Positions 1 through 9,891 of a stretch of 64,000 nt of DNA are shown one piece after another (within the stretch, counting starts at the first letter, position 1; each line of letters opens with the position of its first letter). The DNA is from Candidatus Poribacteria bacterium (GTDB lineage Bacteria; Poribacteria; WGA-4E; GCA-2687025). The stretch lies in assembly GCA_963665845.2 (NCBI GenBank), contig OY762492.1, forward strand, positions 128,001-192,000, given 5' to 3'. The notes beneath the pieces are model-generated. The model did not search any database, was not told where the DNA came from, and saw only the letters and a list, made by a program, of their open reading frames with translations. A program made the translations under genes and the position numbers.

Positions 1-916
1 TGATGTCGATAGCGAAGGAGCTGATGTCGACGCCCGCCCATTTTCGTTTCAAGCGTTCAGCCGCGTCCATTGCAGTGCCGCAGCCGCAGAACGGATCTAA
101 AACGATGCCGCCCTCGTTGGACGACGCCTTGATGATTCGCTCTAACAGAGACAGCGGCTTCTGCGTCGGATAGCCTAGACGTTCATTTCTTAAGCGTCCA
201 ACCGGCGAGAAATCAGGCCACCATGTTTCCGGCACTTTCCCTTTCTGCAGGTACCTGTCCCGAACTTCCGGCGTCATATTGTCGCCCATCATGGCGCCGC
301 CGCGGTGAGTATTTAATTTTTTGTAAGGGATGCGCACATCGTCAACGTTGAATATCCATGAATCTCCGTTGGAGTACCAAAAGATGACGTCATGCTTGCG
401 TTTGAATTGGCGGACCTTTGACGATCCTGGACCTGTATAAGCCCAGATGATTTCGTTTCGGAAGTTGGCTTGTCCGAAGATGGCGTCCATGAGCAATTTT
501 AGGCTGTGGCTCGCGGTCGGGTCGCAGTGGAGGTAGATGGAGCCTGTCGGTTTCAGAATGCGCCGCATCTCTTCAAGGCGCTCCGCCATGTAGGTCAGAT
601 ATGCCAGCATGCCGCTCTCGCCCAGCATATGCCACAGCCCGACAATCGCCTTATGCGCCGGACGCCCGACCGCGTCTCGAAACCCGTTATACCGACGAGC
701 CGCAGCCGTATCCCAGTACCAGGTGTCTTTGAACGCCCGGTATTGAGCCTTGCCCGCGCCTTTTGTCCCGAAGAGAATGCTGTAATTCGCGTTGGAATTG
801 AACGGCGGATCTAGGTAGATCAGGTCAACGCAGTCCGCGTCCCATTTTCGCATCCAGTCGAAGCAATCGCCGTAGTAGAGGCTGTTGGGTTGAAGCTGGT
901 TTCCGCTGTCAGCCAT
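1..916 (-). CDS. Site-specific DNA methyltransferase (N6/N4, beta-type motif order); runs off the window start
   Basis: Not in ORF track. Manual translation from ATG at 916: MADSGNQLQPNSLYYGDCFDWMRKWDADCVDLIYLDPPFNS...GYPTQKPLSLLERIIKASSNEGGIVLDPFCGCGTAMDAA; catalytic DPPF precedes the SAM-binding FxGxG. Confidence 0.92.
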   Translation of the reverse strand, partial: MADSGNQLQPNSLYYGDCFDWMRKWDADCVDLIYLDPPFNSNANYSILFGTKGAGKAQYRAFKDTWYWDTAAARRYNGFRDAVGRPAHKAIVGLWHMLGESGMLAYLTYMAERLEEMRRILKPTGSIYLHCDPTASHSLKLLMDAIFGQANFRNEIIWAYTGPGSSKVRQFKRKHDVIFWYSNGDSWIFNVDDVRIPYKKLNTHRGGAMMGDNMTPEVRDRYLQKGKVPETWWPDFSPVGRLRNERLGYPTQKPLSLLERIIKASSNEGGIVLDPFCGCGTAMDAAERLKRKWAGVDISSFAIDI

Positions 917-985
917 TTTCCGTATCCTTTCTTGAGCCGCGCCTTCATGATACCATAAAGCCGCCGTAGACGGCAACGATAACGC

Positions 986-1130
986 CCGACCTTGAGTCCT
1001 TAGTTGAGACAAGTCGGCATGCGAAAGCAGACGGATTTTGCGGCGCCTAAGATTCCCGCTTACGCGGGAATGACGACCCGCAGGGGCGGCTTTTCCGCTG
1101 ATCATCGCAGTTCTTTCGGCATGAGGTCAG
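986..1130. mobile_element. MITE-like element (145 bp) with terminal inverted repeats, 6-bp target duplication and internal REP hairpin
   Basis: TAACGC at 980-985 and 1131-1136 flank it; ends CCGACCTTGAGTCC and GGCATGAGGTCAG; internal GATTCCCGCTTACGCGGGAATGAC at 1051-1074. Confidence 0.75.
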
Positions 1131-1149
1131 TAACGCAGGGAGGCGCCCA

Positions 1150-1989
1150 ATGAAACGGATCGACGTCCATGTCCACATCGGCAGGTTGTGGGACTCCTAC
1201 CCGCCCATGACGGTCGACATCATGCTGCGCTGGATGGACGCGAACGAGATCGAAATGGCGGTTCCGCTGCCGCTTGAAAGCCCCGAAAGCTCCAGCTACT
1301 ACATCTTGACGCGCGACATGCTCGCCCTCTGCAAACAGCATCCGGACCGATTCATTCCGTTCTGCGTTGTCGACCCGCGCGTCGCCGTCTCGGACGGAAA
1401 GCGCAGCGTCCGCAACATCATTCAGCAGTATGTGGAGGAGGGCGCCAAAGGGTTCGGCGAGCTGAAAGCGGGGCTGCCGTTCAACGACCCGAAGATGCAG
1501 GCGCTCTATGCGGCGTGCGACGAGTTCCGCCTGCCGCTGCTGTTTCACTGCGACCATGTCCGCTGCACAGACGATCCGCAGCTGACAGGGCTGGAGGCGA
1601 TGCTGGCGGCGTATCCGAACGTTCAGTTCATCGGGCATGCGCAGGGGTTCTGGGCGGCGGTCTCCGGCGACGCGCGGCAAGAAGAGATGAGCGGATACCC
1701 GAAGCGCCCCGTCGCGCCGGGCGGGGCGGTGGATCGTCTCATGGACGCCTACGGCAACCTGTACGCCGACCTGTCCGCCGGGTCGGGGCATAACGCAATC
1801 ACGCGCGATTGGGAGTTCGGGGAAGCGTTTTTAGAGAGGCGGCATACGCGCCTGCTGTTCGGCACCGACTTTCTCCGCCCGAATCAGCCGATCCCGCAGT
1901 TTGAGATGTTGGCGAAGGCGGATCTGTCGGAGAAGGCGCGCCGCGCCATCGCGTATGAAAACGCGAGTCGGCTGTTTGGGCTGACATGA
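1150..1989 (+). CDS. Amidohydrolase family (Amidohydro_2) metal-dependent hydrolase
   Basis: IDVHVH at N-terminus, GFGELK, LLFH, LLFGTD; GGAGG RBS upstream. Confidence 0.9.
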   Translation: MKRIDVHVHIGRLWDSYPPMTVDIMLRWMDANEIEMAVPLPLESPESSSYYILTRDMLALCKQHPDRFIPFCVVDPRVAVSDGKRSVRNIIQQYVEEGAKGFGELKAGLPFNDPKMQALYAACDEFRLPLLFHCDHVRCTDDPQLTGLEAMLAAYPNVQFIGHAQGFWAAVSGDARQEEMSGYPKRPVAPGGAVDRLMDAYGNLYADLSAGSGHNAITRDWEFGEAFLERRHTRLLFGTDFLRPNQPIPQFEMLAKADLSEKARRAIAYENASRLFGLT

Positions 1990-3089
1990 AAACCCCTGCG
2001 CGCGTGGCGCTGGCGGGTCTCGGTCAACGCGGGCTGCAGCATCTGAACGCGCTGACATCCCCGCCCCTGCGGGAGCTGGCGCAGATAACGGCGCTCATTG
2101 ATGTGAACGAAGAGAATCTGCGCCTCGACAAGCTCGCCCGATACGCCCCCGCGCTGGACAGCTCCAGCGCCGCGCGTTTCACAAACGTTCATGACGCGCT
2201 CAAGTCGCGCCGTTTCGATGCGCTGTACATCGCCATTCCCCCGTCCATGCATGAAGGAGAAGCTGCCGCCTCGGCGGAAGCGGGCGTTCATCTTTTTGTT
2301 GAAAAGCCGATGAGCCTCTGTATGGAGCAGGCGGAAGAGATGCGCCGCGCCATCGACAAGGCGGGCGTCGTCTCGGCGGTCGGATTTCAGCAGCGGTATG
2401 TACCCGCCAATGAAGCCGTCCACAACTTCCTCGCCGACAAGCGCGTCGTCATGATAACCGCCGTCCACAACGGCGCGCTGGAACATCACTCGGTGAAACA
2501 CACCGCCGCCGAGCGTCAAGGCGGACCGAAGAACCGCGTATGGACGGCGAACCGCGCATGGTCGGGAACAACCGTCGTCGAAGCGGGCATACATCAGGTC
2601 GACCTGATGCGCTACTGGGCGGGCGATATCGCCTGGGTGGAAGCGACCTACATCCATCGGGACGAGAGCGACATCGAAGACGGCGCGGACAACCCTTACG
2701 CCTACCGCGTCGCGCTGGGGTTTGAATCGGGCGCGGCGGGCAACCTGATCATCTCGCGGCTGCGCAGAACCTACTACTCCGATTCCTATACGAGCGTTTT
2801 ATGGACGAACGGGCATATCAAGTTTGAAGCGGACGGCGCCGCTGCTTATTACTACGACGGGGACGATCCGCCGCCGACGCGCCCATCGATAGAATCGCTG
2901 CGCCGCCTGTTGCCGAGTCCGCCTCCCTGCGACCCGACGGTCGAGATTCACCGCGCATTTTTAAACGCGGCAGCGTCGGGCGATCCTTCCAGCATACGCA
3001 GTACCTTCGGCGGCTCCATGAACAGCCTTGCCGCCGTCCTCGGCGCGAACCTGTCAGACGAACGGGGCGGCGAACGCGTCTGGTTATAG
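1986..3089 (+). CDS. Gfo/Idh/MocA family oxidoreductase
   Basis: GLGQRG Rossmann motif, HLFVEKP, EAGIHQVD; ATGA overlap with the upstream gene. Confidence 0.9.
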   Translation: MKTPARVALAGLGQRGLQHLNALTSPPLRELAQITALIDVNEENLRLDKLARYAPALDSSSAARFTNVHDALKSRRFDALYIAIPPSMHEGEAAASAEAGVHLFVEKPMSLCMEQAEEMRRAIDKAGVVSAVGFQQRYVPANEAVHNFLADKRVVMITAVHNGALEHHSVKHTAAERQGGPKNRVWTANRAWSGTTVVEAGIHQVDLMRYWAGDIAWVEATYIHRDESDIEDGADNPYAYRVALGFESGAAGNLIISRLRRTYYSDSYTSVLWTNGHIKFEADGAAAYYYDGDDPPPTRPSIESLRRLLPSPPPCDPTVEIHRAFLNAAASGDPSSIRSTFGGSMNSLAAVLGANLSDERGGERVWL

Positions 3090-3109
3090 AAAAAACTTCG
3101 CGCCGCCGG

Positions 3110-4081
3110 TCAGGGTCGGCGCCGCGGCTCCCGTAGAAAGCGGCTGCCGATCGTCTCCGCGTTCTCCTTGATCCAGGCGGTCAGGCTAATTGAGCCGGCG
3201 GGCGGCTCTTGAGAGTCGAGACGGTTGCGCGACAGCCCTTTCAGCTCGTCAAGCGTCAAAATCGTTTCGCGCATGAGATGCGAAGCGGCGCCGTAAAGAA
3301 AATGACAAACGCCAATGGGCAAGCGGACGATTTGGGTACGGGCGTTGATGGTACGCGCGATATAACGAATCAGCTCTTGGAACTCGATACGGTCGGGACC
3401 CGTCGCGTCTTGTATAAAAGTCTCCGTTCCGCGGCAGGCGTCCGCAACCAGCTGGGCGTAGTCGTCCACATGGATGGGGCGGACATGGTAGGGATCGCCT
3501 GAAGGAATCGGAAAAACCGGCAGATGACGAACCGCCCAGGCAATGTTTTCAATCAAAAGACCGCCGGGACCGAAAAAGCAGGCGGGGCGGAGGATGGCGT
3601 ACGGAATGCCGCTCTCCTTGACAAAGCGTTCAACCTGCGCTTTGCCGGCGTAATAGGACAGGTCGGGGTCAAGTCCAGGGTTGCCGATGGAGGTCCATAC
3701 CAAGCGCGAGACGCCGGCGGCAAGCGCGCTGTCGACAAGCATGCCGGAACGTTCGGCCGCTTCGGCGTGGGAAAGCCAGGGTCCTTTGTGTCCGACGGGC
3801 GGGCGGTTGTGGCGCGTCCAGTAGGCGCAGGCAAGAATGTCGGCGCCTTCGAGAGCTGAAGTCAGCGCGTCCGGCGCGAAGTTGAACGGAATGCGCTGCA
3901 CAGCCCCCTCGAACGGATCCGGCGACGGGATCGGTCGATTGGTAAGAGAAGCGACCCGATACCCGTCCGCCAAGAGACGGCGCGCGATATGCCGCCCGGA
4001 GTAGGACCAGGCGCCCGTGATGACGACTTTGCGGGACGACGCCTCGCTTGCGGCGTGGTTCGTTTCAGGGGGAATCGTCAT
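3110..4081 (-). CDS. NAD(P)-binding epimerase/atypical SDR (NDUFA9-like)
   Basis: ITGAWSYSG, YYAGK, ILRP, RPIHVDD; ATG at 4081 preferred because GGAG lies upstream. Confidence 0.8.
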   Translation of the reverse strand: MTIPPETNHAASEASSRKVVITGAWSYSGRHIARRLLADGYRVASLTNRPIPSPDPFEGAVQRIPFNFAPDALTSALEGADILACAYWTRHNRPPVGHKGPWLSHAEAAERSGMLVDSALAAGVSRLVWTSIGNPGLDPDLSYYAGKAQVERFVKESGIPYAILRPACFFGPGGLLIENIAWAVRHLPVFPIPSGDPYHVRPIHVDDYAQLVADACRGTETFIQDATGPDRIEFQELIRYIARTINARTQIVRLPIGVCHFLYGAASHLMRETILTLDELKGLSRNRLDSQEPPAGSISLTAWIKENAETIGSRFLREPRRRP

Positions 4082-4179
4082 GGATGCTCCGTGTTTCCGC
4101 CTTGGCGTGTGAATCATGCCTATCGTTTATATAACATGCGGCGGAAGGGCGAGTCAAGCGTTTTGCTGCCCCCATGCCC

Positions 4180-4300
4180 GTCATTCCCGCGTAAGCGGGA
4201 ATCTAGAGGCGCCGCAGAAGACGTCCGCGTTCACCTCAAGCGTCCGGCGGCTCAAACCGTCATTCCCGCCCTTGCGGTAAAACGTGCGGGAATCTTAGGC
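4180..4300 (+). repeat. Two REP-like hairpins (canonical at 4180-4203; long-loop variant at 4259-4294)
   Basis: GTCATTCCCGCGTAAGCGGGAATC and GTCATTCCCGCCCTTGCGGTAAAACGTGCGGGAATC. Confidence 0.9.
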
Positions 4301-4432
4301 GCCTGCGCCGTCCCCGTTGTCTGAACTAGGATTTTCAGGATTGAAAAGAAGGACAGGATTCGGAATGACGCTGAAAAAGGCAGCCGCATTTAAAATAGCC
4401 CGCCCGCGCCCAAAGCGGTATCATATCCCTCG

Positions 4433-7400
4433 TTGACCGCTGAACCAACCCGCTCATCCGATTTGGAGAGCCTGATGAGACGCCCGCTTCGTTCTGTGAT
4501 GCTTCGCCTTTTCTGCTTGACGGCGCCGCTGCTGTTCGCCGGCATTTTTAACCAAAACAGCCAGGCGCAAACGATGAAAACGCTGGCGGGGCATTCTGCC
4601 AATGTCTGGTCTGTGGCGTATTCACCGGACGGCAAGACGATTGCCAGCGGCAGCGATGACACAACGATTCGTATCTGGGACGCCTATACAGGCGGATTTA
4701 TTCAAGCATTCGTGGGACATACGAGCCGTGTTCATGTTGTGGCGTATTCACCAAATGGTCAAATGCTTGCAAGCAGCAGTCTTGACCGGTCTATCCGCAT
4801 ATGGGAAACTAACACCGGGGAGCTCCTTCGAATCTTTACAGGCCATCACGGCAGCATTGAATCTATGGCGTATTCGCCGGACGGTCAGACGATTGCCAGC
4901 GGCAGCCACGACAGAACGATTCGGATTTGGAATATCCGCACTGGAGCTCAAATCCGAGCGCTTGCCGGTCATGAAAGCTATGTCTTATCTGTGGCATATT
5001 CCCCGGATGGTCAGACGATTGCCAGCGGCAGCTATGACAGAACGATTCGCATATGGGATGCTGATACAGGGGAAACGATCCGAACGCTCACTGGGCATTC
5101 AGAAGGCGTCCGATCACTGGCGTTTTCTCCGGATGGTCAGACGCTCGCGAGCGGCAGTCATGATGACACAATTCGTCTTTGGGACGCCTCGACAGGGACA
5201 CCTCTCCGAACGCTCACCGGGCACGTTGGAGATGTTTGGTCTGTGGCGTATTCTCCGGATGGTCAGACGCTTGCCAGCGTCGATGATCATCACAGCGAAC
5301 TTCGTATATGGAACGCCAAAAATGGGGCGTTAATTCAAACCATTCAATACGCCGGCCGTATGTACTCCCGCCCTAGATCAATAGCCTTTTCGCCTGATGG
5401 AGCGGCAGTTGCCGGAGGGGGCGATGACGATGCCGTTCATATCTATGACGCCAAGATAGGGACGCATCTCCGCACGCTTGCAGGACATGCGCAAGCTGTT
5501 TCTGCCGCGGCGTTTTCTCCAAACGGAAGAGTTGTTGCCACCGGCGGTCATGACCATAGAATTTTGTTTTGGAACGCGAAAACCGGCGCGCATCTCAAAA
5601 CGCTTGAGGGTCATTCCGATCTGGTCGCTTCTGTAGCGTATTCGCCGAACGGAAGGTTGCTTGCGAGCGGAAGTTTAGACAATGAGATCATACTATGGAA
5701 CGCCAATACGGGCGCGCAAATTAATACGCTCACTGGACATGACGACAGGCTCTCTGCCGTCCGATTTTCTCCCGACAATTCCAAGCTTGCCAGCGGAAGC
5801 TTCGACAACACGATACTGCTCTGGGATGTTGAAACCGGCGATCGCATGCAAACCATAAGGGGACATGACGACTGGGTCGTCTCGGTCGATTTCTCGCCGG
5901 ACGGTTCTAAGCTTGTCAGCGGCAGCAGGGACAGCTCCATCCGCGTCTGGAACGCTGAAACGGGCGAGGAGCTGCGGACGCTCAACGGGCATATCGGCGC
6001 CGTTCTCTCCGTCGCTTATTCTCCCGACGGCTCTAAGATTGTCAGCGGCGGGAACGACAAGACGGCGCGCCTCTGGAGCGCTGAAACAGGCGAGCTGCTG
6101 CAAACGCTGGAGGGACATACGGACGCGGTCTGGTCGGTCGCCTTTTCTCCTGACGGTCAACAGATCGCCAGCGGCAGCTGGGACAATGCGATACGGCTCT
6201 GGAACGCCGAGACGGGCGAGCCGATTCAAACGCTCATCGGACATTCTGATCAGGTCTGGTCGGTTGCGTATTCGCCGGACGGGCGGCGCATCGCCAGCGC
6301 GAGCGGCGACAAAACGGTGCGCATCTGGTCGTTCGGCATTCGGCGTCAGGACGCGCCGGACGTTTTAGCTGGACATAAAGGCGGCGTTCTTGCGGCGGCG
6401 TATTCGCCCACCGCTGCTGTTGTCGCCAGCGGCAGCGCCGACAAAACGATACATCTTTGGGACGCGAACACAAGCGAACATCTGCGAACGCTGGAGGGTC
6501 ATACCGATTATGTGTACGCCCTCGCTTATTCTCCCGACGGTTCCGCGCTTGTCAGCGGCAGCAAGGACGGCTCCCTTCGCGTCTGGGATGCGTCAACAGG
6601 GGACGCGCTCCACATCCTGAAACGGCATGACGGCTCCGTTCATGCGGTCGTCTATTCACCGGACGGAAGGCGGATTGCAAGCGGCGGCGCCGACCGAACC
6701 GTACGTCTATGGAGCGCCGAAACGGGCGAGCTGTTGAACACGATCCGAGGGCATACGGGGGCGGTACGGTCGATCGCTTTTTCGCCGGACGGGAGCCTGC
6801 TGGTCAGCGGAAGCGGCGACAAGTCGATCCGTTTCTGGAACCCCGAAACAGGCGAGCAGACTGCGCAGCTGGTTGAGCATCATCGGGCGGTCATGGCGCT
6901 CGCTTTTTCGCCGGACGGTCAGACGCTCGCCAGCGGCAGCTCCGATAAGACGATCCGCTTTTGGGATGTGTCGACGCGGACATTGACGCATGTATTGGGC
7001 GCGAATACAGGCTTGGTGTTCTCGGTCGCCTTTTCGCCGGACGGTCAGACGCTCGCCGCCGGAAATGAGGACGGGACAGCGCGCCTTTATGCGTCCGGAA
7101 ACGGCAGGCATAAAGCGGCGCTGGAGGGTCATACCAGCAACATATATGCGGTCGCGTTTTCGCCGGACGGTACCTCTCTCGTGTCGGCAAGCCGCGACAA
7201 AACGCTGCGCTTCTGGTCGACGCCGACCATCGACCCGGATGTGAACGGCGACGGCGTCGTGGACGCGTACGATCTGCAGATTGTCGCCGCCAATTACGGC
7301 AGAACGACCGCCAGCGACGCCAATCTGCAGGCGGATGTGAACGGCGACGGCGCGGTTGACGTCACCGATGTGCTGCTTGTCGCGGACGCGCTGGGGTCGG

Positions 7401-7855
7401 TTTTGGCGGCTCCCTCTTTGAACGCGCCGCGCGGGATCGTTCCGCCCGCCGCCGTGTCGACATGGCTGAACGACGCCGACCGGCTCCTTGTCCGCAGCGA
7501 CTCGGCGAAGCGCGGCATCGCCGTTTTGGAAAGCATGCTTTTGTCGTCTCGTCATGTTGTGTCCACCAACGCGCTCCTGCCGAATTACCCAAACCCGTTC
7601 AACCCCGAAACCTGGATTCCGTTTGAGTTGGCGGAAGCGGCGCGCGTGAAGATGACGATCTACAACTCGGCGGGTCAAATCGCGCGCGTTTTAGAGCTGG
7701 GCGAGTTGCCTGCAGGCGCCTACCGCAGCCGCGCCAAAGCTGCCCACTGGGACGGGCGGAACAGCATGGGCGAACCAGTCGCCAGCGGCGTTTATTATGT
7801 CCGCATTGAGGCAGGTTCATTCACGGCGCTGCGCCGCATGGTCGTCTTGAAGTAA
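4433..7855 (+). CDS. Secreted WD40 protein (21 repeats, 3 propellers) + dockerin-like pair + FlgD-Ig/T9SS-type-A-like C-terminal domain
   Basis: Signal peptide ending SQAQ; 21 GH...SPDG...W(D/N) units counted; DVNGDGVVD/DVNGDGAVD; LLPNYPNPFNPETWIPF...WDGRN...VASGVYY. True start probably a downstream ATG (about 4475-4499). Confidence 0.93.
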   Translation: MTAEPTRSSDLESLMRRPLRSVMLRLFCLTAPLLFAGIFNQNSQAQTMKTLAGHSANVWSVAYSPDGKTIASGSDDTTIRIWDAYTGGFIQAFVGHTSRVHVVAYSPNGQMLASSSLDRSIRIWETNTGELLRIFTGHHGSIESMAYSPDGQTIASGSHDRTIRIWNIRTGAQIRALAGHESYVLSVAYSPDGQTIASGSYDRTIRIWDADTGETIRTLTGHSEGVRSLAFSPDGQTLASGSHDDTIRLWDASTGTPLRTLTGHVGDVWSVAYSPDGQTLASVDDHHSELRIWNAKNGALIQTIQYAGRMYSRPRSIAFSPDGAAVAGGGDDDAVHIYDAKIGTHLRTLAGHAQAVSAAAFSPNGRVVATGGHDHRILFWNAKTGAHLKTLEGHSDLVASVAYSPNGRLLASGSLDNEIILWNANTGAQINTLTGHDDRLSAVRFSPDNSKLASGSFDNTILLWDVETGDRMQTIRGHDDWVVSVDFSPDGSKLVSGSRDSSIRVWNAETGEELRTLNGHIGAVLSVAYSPDGSKIVSGGNDKTARLWSAETGELLQTLEGHTDAVWSVAFSPDGQQIASGSWDNAIRLWNAETGEPIQTLIGHSDQVWSVAYSPDGRRIASASGDKTVRIWSFGIRRQDAPDVLAGHKGGVLAAAYSPTAAVVASGSADKTIHLWDANTSEHLRTLEGHTDYVYALAYSPDGSALVSGSKDGSLRVWDASTGDALHILKRHDGSVHAVVYSPDGRRIASGGADRTVRLWSAETGELLNTIRGHTGAVRSIAFSPDGSLLVSGSGDKSIRFWNPETGEQTAQLVEHHRAVMALAFSPDGQTLASGSSDKTIRFWDVSTRTLTHVLGANTGLVFSVAFSPDGQTLAAGNEDGTARLYASGNGRHKAALEGHTSNIYAVAFSPDGTSLVSASRDKTLRFWSTPTIDPDVNGDGVVDAYDLQIVAANYGRTTASDANLQADVNGDGAVDVTDVLLVADALGSVLAAPSLNAPRGIVPPAAVSTWLNDADRLLVRSDSAKRGIAVLESMLLSSRHVVSTNALLPNYPNPFNPETWIPFELAEAARVKMTIYNSAGQIARVLELGELPAGAYRSRAKAAHWDGRNSMGEPVASGVYYVRIEAGSFTALRRMVVLK

Positions 7856-7865
7856 AGCACAGCGA

Positions 7866-7898
7866 ATTCCCCTTGAAAAGGGGGGCTAGGGGGGTTTT
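7866..7898. repeat. Second REP-like family (CCCCCTAGCCCCCCTTTTCAAGGGGG); hairpin just after a stop codon, possible terminator role
   Basis: Related copies at about 10053, 11386, 18230, 26539, 43662, 49281, 54141. Confidence 0.8.
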
Positions 7899-7934
7899 AG
7901 CGTCAGCAGATGTCCTCTCCTGCGCCTCCTTGCC

Positions 7935-7963
7935 TTGACACCCGCCCCCTCCTGCTGTACACT
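7935..7963 (+). promoter_or_regulatory. Sigma70-type promoter for the downstream WD40 gene
   Basis: TTGACA (7935-7940), 17 bp, TACACT (7958-7963). Confidence 0.7.
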
Positions 7964-8008
7964 CGCCGCAGAAGAAACGCGCGTTTCAACCTGAATGCAT
8001 GTGCCGAC

Positions 8009-9865
8009 ATGACCCAAAAAAACCGCATCCGTTCCAACATTCTGCGCCTTGCGCTGCTGCTCGCCGCGCCGCTTGTTTTAGCCGACGCGCCCGCTCCGCC
8101 TCATAGAACGCTCGCGGGGCATACCTACAACCCGACCTCCATCGCGTATTCTCCGGACGGCAGCCGCCTTGTGTCAGCCGCCTGGGACGGGACGATACGG
8201 CTCTGGGACGCGCGGACTGGCGCCCCGATTCGTCTGATTGAGGGGCATAACGCGCGCATCTATTTCATCTCTTACGCGCCGGACGGGCGGACATTTGCCT
8301 CCGGCGGCTCCGATTTCGCCGTGCGCGTCTGGAACGCCGAAACGGGCGATCCGATCCATACGCTTCCAGGACATACAAACACGATCCGATATGTAACCTA
8401 CTCCCTCGACGGCAAAACGATTGTCAGCGCCGGCAACGACAGCTCCATCCGCGTTTGGAACGCCAAGACGGGCGCGCATCTTCGGACGCTGGAAGGGCAT
8501 ACGGACGATGTGATCTGCATCGCTTTTTCGCCGGACGGCAAGACCCTTGTCAGCGGAAGCGCCGACCATACCATTCGCCTTTGGAACGCCGAAACGGGCG
8601 CGCATCTTCGAACGCTGGAAGGGCATACGAGCGAGGTGAGAACCGTCCAGTACTCCCCCGACGGCAAGACGCTCGCCAGCGGCGCCGAAGACAACGCGAT
8701 ACTGCTCTGGGACGCCGCGACAGGCAAACAGCGCCAAAAGATCGAGGGGCATACGCGCTATGTCTGCTATTTGAGATACGCGCCCGACGGCAGCTTCTTC
8801 GCCACCGCCAGCGACGACCGAACGATCCGCTTCTGGGACGCCAAAACGGGCGGACTCATGCGAACCTTGCGGCGGCATGGAACGTTTGTGGTGTCGCTTG
8901 CTTTTTCGCCGGACGGCAAGACGCTCGCCTCCGCCAGCTTTGACGAAACGATCCGTTTCTGGAACGCCAAAACAGGCGCCGCTCTCCATATGATCGCCGC
9001 GCATGTGTCGGAGGAGGTCCGCGCGGTCGCCTTTTCGCCGGACGGCAACATGATCGCCACAGGCGGCGGGGACAAGACGGCGCGGCTCTGGAACGCGCAG
9101 ACGGGGGCGTATCTTCGGACGCTGGAGGGTCTTTCTGAAGGGGCGTCTTCGGTCGCGTTTTCTCCCGACAGCAAGACGCTTGCCGCCGCCTCCGGCGTGG
9201 GCGTCTGGCTTTGGAACGCGCAGACAGGCGATTTTCTTCAGACGCTGTTTGGGCATCAGGGCGAAGTCGCGGACGTCGTCTTTTCGCCGGACAGCAAGCG
9301 TATCGCCTCCGTTGGGATGGACGACACGGCGCGGATATGGGACGCCCAGACAGGCGGTCTGCTCAACACCCTGCGCGGACATGTCAGTTTTCTGTATGCC
9401 GCCGCGTATTCGCCGGACGGCAAAACGCTCGCTACGGGCGGACAGGACAAAACGGTGCGTATCTGGGACGCGCAGACGGGTCAACATTTAAAAACGCTTG
9501 GAGACAAAAAAGCGGTCGTTCACGACATCGCCTATTCTCCCGACAGCAAGACGCTTGCAGAGACCGGCGGAGGAGGAGAAACGCGCCTCTGGAATGTTCA
9601 AACAGGCGCTCTTCTCAAAACGTTCGGCGCTGGCGCGAAAAACAGGTACGCCTGCGCCTTTTCGCCGGACGGCAAGCTGCTTGCGTCAGCGGGCGAAGAG
9701 GAGGTTATACAGGTTTGGGATGTTGAGACGGGCAAGGTTGTTCATACGTTTTTGGCGGAGGGGGCGCCGATACGTTCATTGGCGTTTTCGCCGGACGGCA
9801 AGAGCCTCGCCGCCGCCGCTGCGGACCACAGCGCGCGCCTCTATCTCCTCGCCCCGCCTGAATAA
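8009..9865 (+). CDS. Secreted WD40 protein (14 repeats, 2 propellers)
   Basis: Start moved to ATG 8009 (downstream of the promoter, gives signal peptide MTQKNR...LAAPLVLA); 14 WD units counted. Confidence 0.92.
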   Translation: MTQKNRIRSNILRLALLLAAPLVLADAPAPPHRTLAGHTYNPTSIAYSPDGSRLVSAAWDGTIRLWDARTGAPIRLIEGHNARIYFISYAPDGRTFASGGSDFAVRVWNAETGDPIHTLPGHTNTIRYVTYSLDGKTIVSAGNDSSIRVWNAKTGAHLRTLEGHTDDVICIAFSPDGKTLVSGSADHTIRLWNAETGAHLRTLEGHTSEVRTVQYSPDGKTLASGAEDNAILLWDAATGKQRQKIEGHTRYVCYLRYAPDGSFFATASDDRTIRFWDAKTGGLMRTLRRHGTFVVSLAFSPDGKTLASASFDETIRFWNAKTGAALHMIAAHVSEEVRAVAFSPDGNMIATGGGDKTARLWNAQTGAYLRTLEGLSEGASSVAFSPDSKTLAAASGVGVWLWNAQTGDFLQTLFGHQGEVADVVFSPDSKRIASVGMDDTARIWDAQTGGLLNTLRGHVSFLYAAAYSPDGKTLATGGQDKTVRIWDAQTGQHLKTLGDKKAVVHDIAYSPDSKTLAETGGGGETRLWNVQTGALLKTFGAGAKNRYACAFSPDGKLLASAGEEEVIQVWDVETGKVVHTFLAEGAPIRSLAFSPDGKSLAAAAADHSARLYLLAPPE

Positions 9866-9891
9866 ACGCCTCCCGCCCGCGTCCGATTCCT

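Noticed and set aside
506-814. 102-aa plus-strand ORF
   Set aside because: Shadow of the minus-strand methyltransferase at 1-916.
8174-9487. Long antisense ORFs (also 6707-7678, 50039-51073, 57242-58294)
   Set aside because: Expected in GC-rich coding DNA; no motifs and they overlap well-supported genes.
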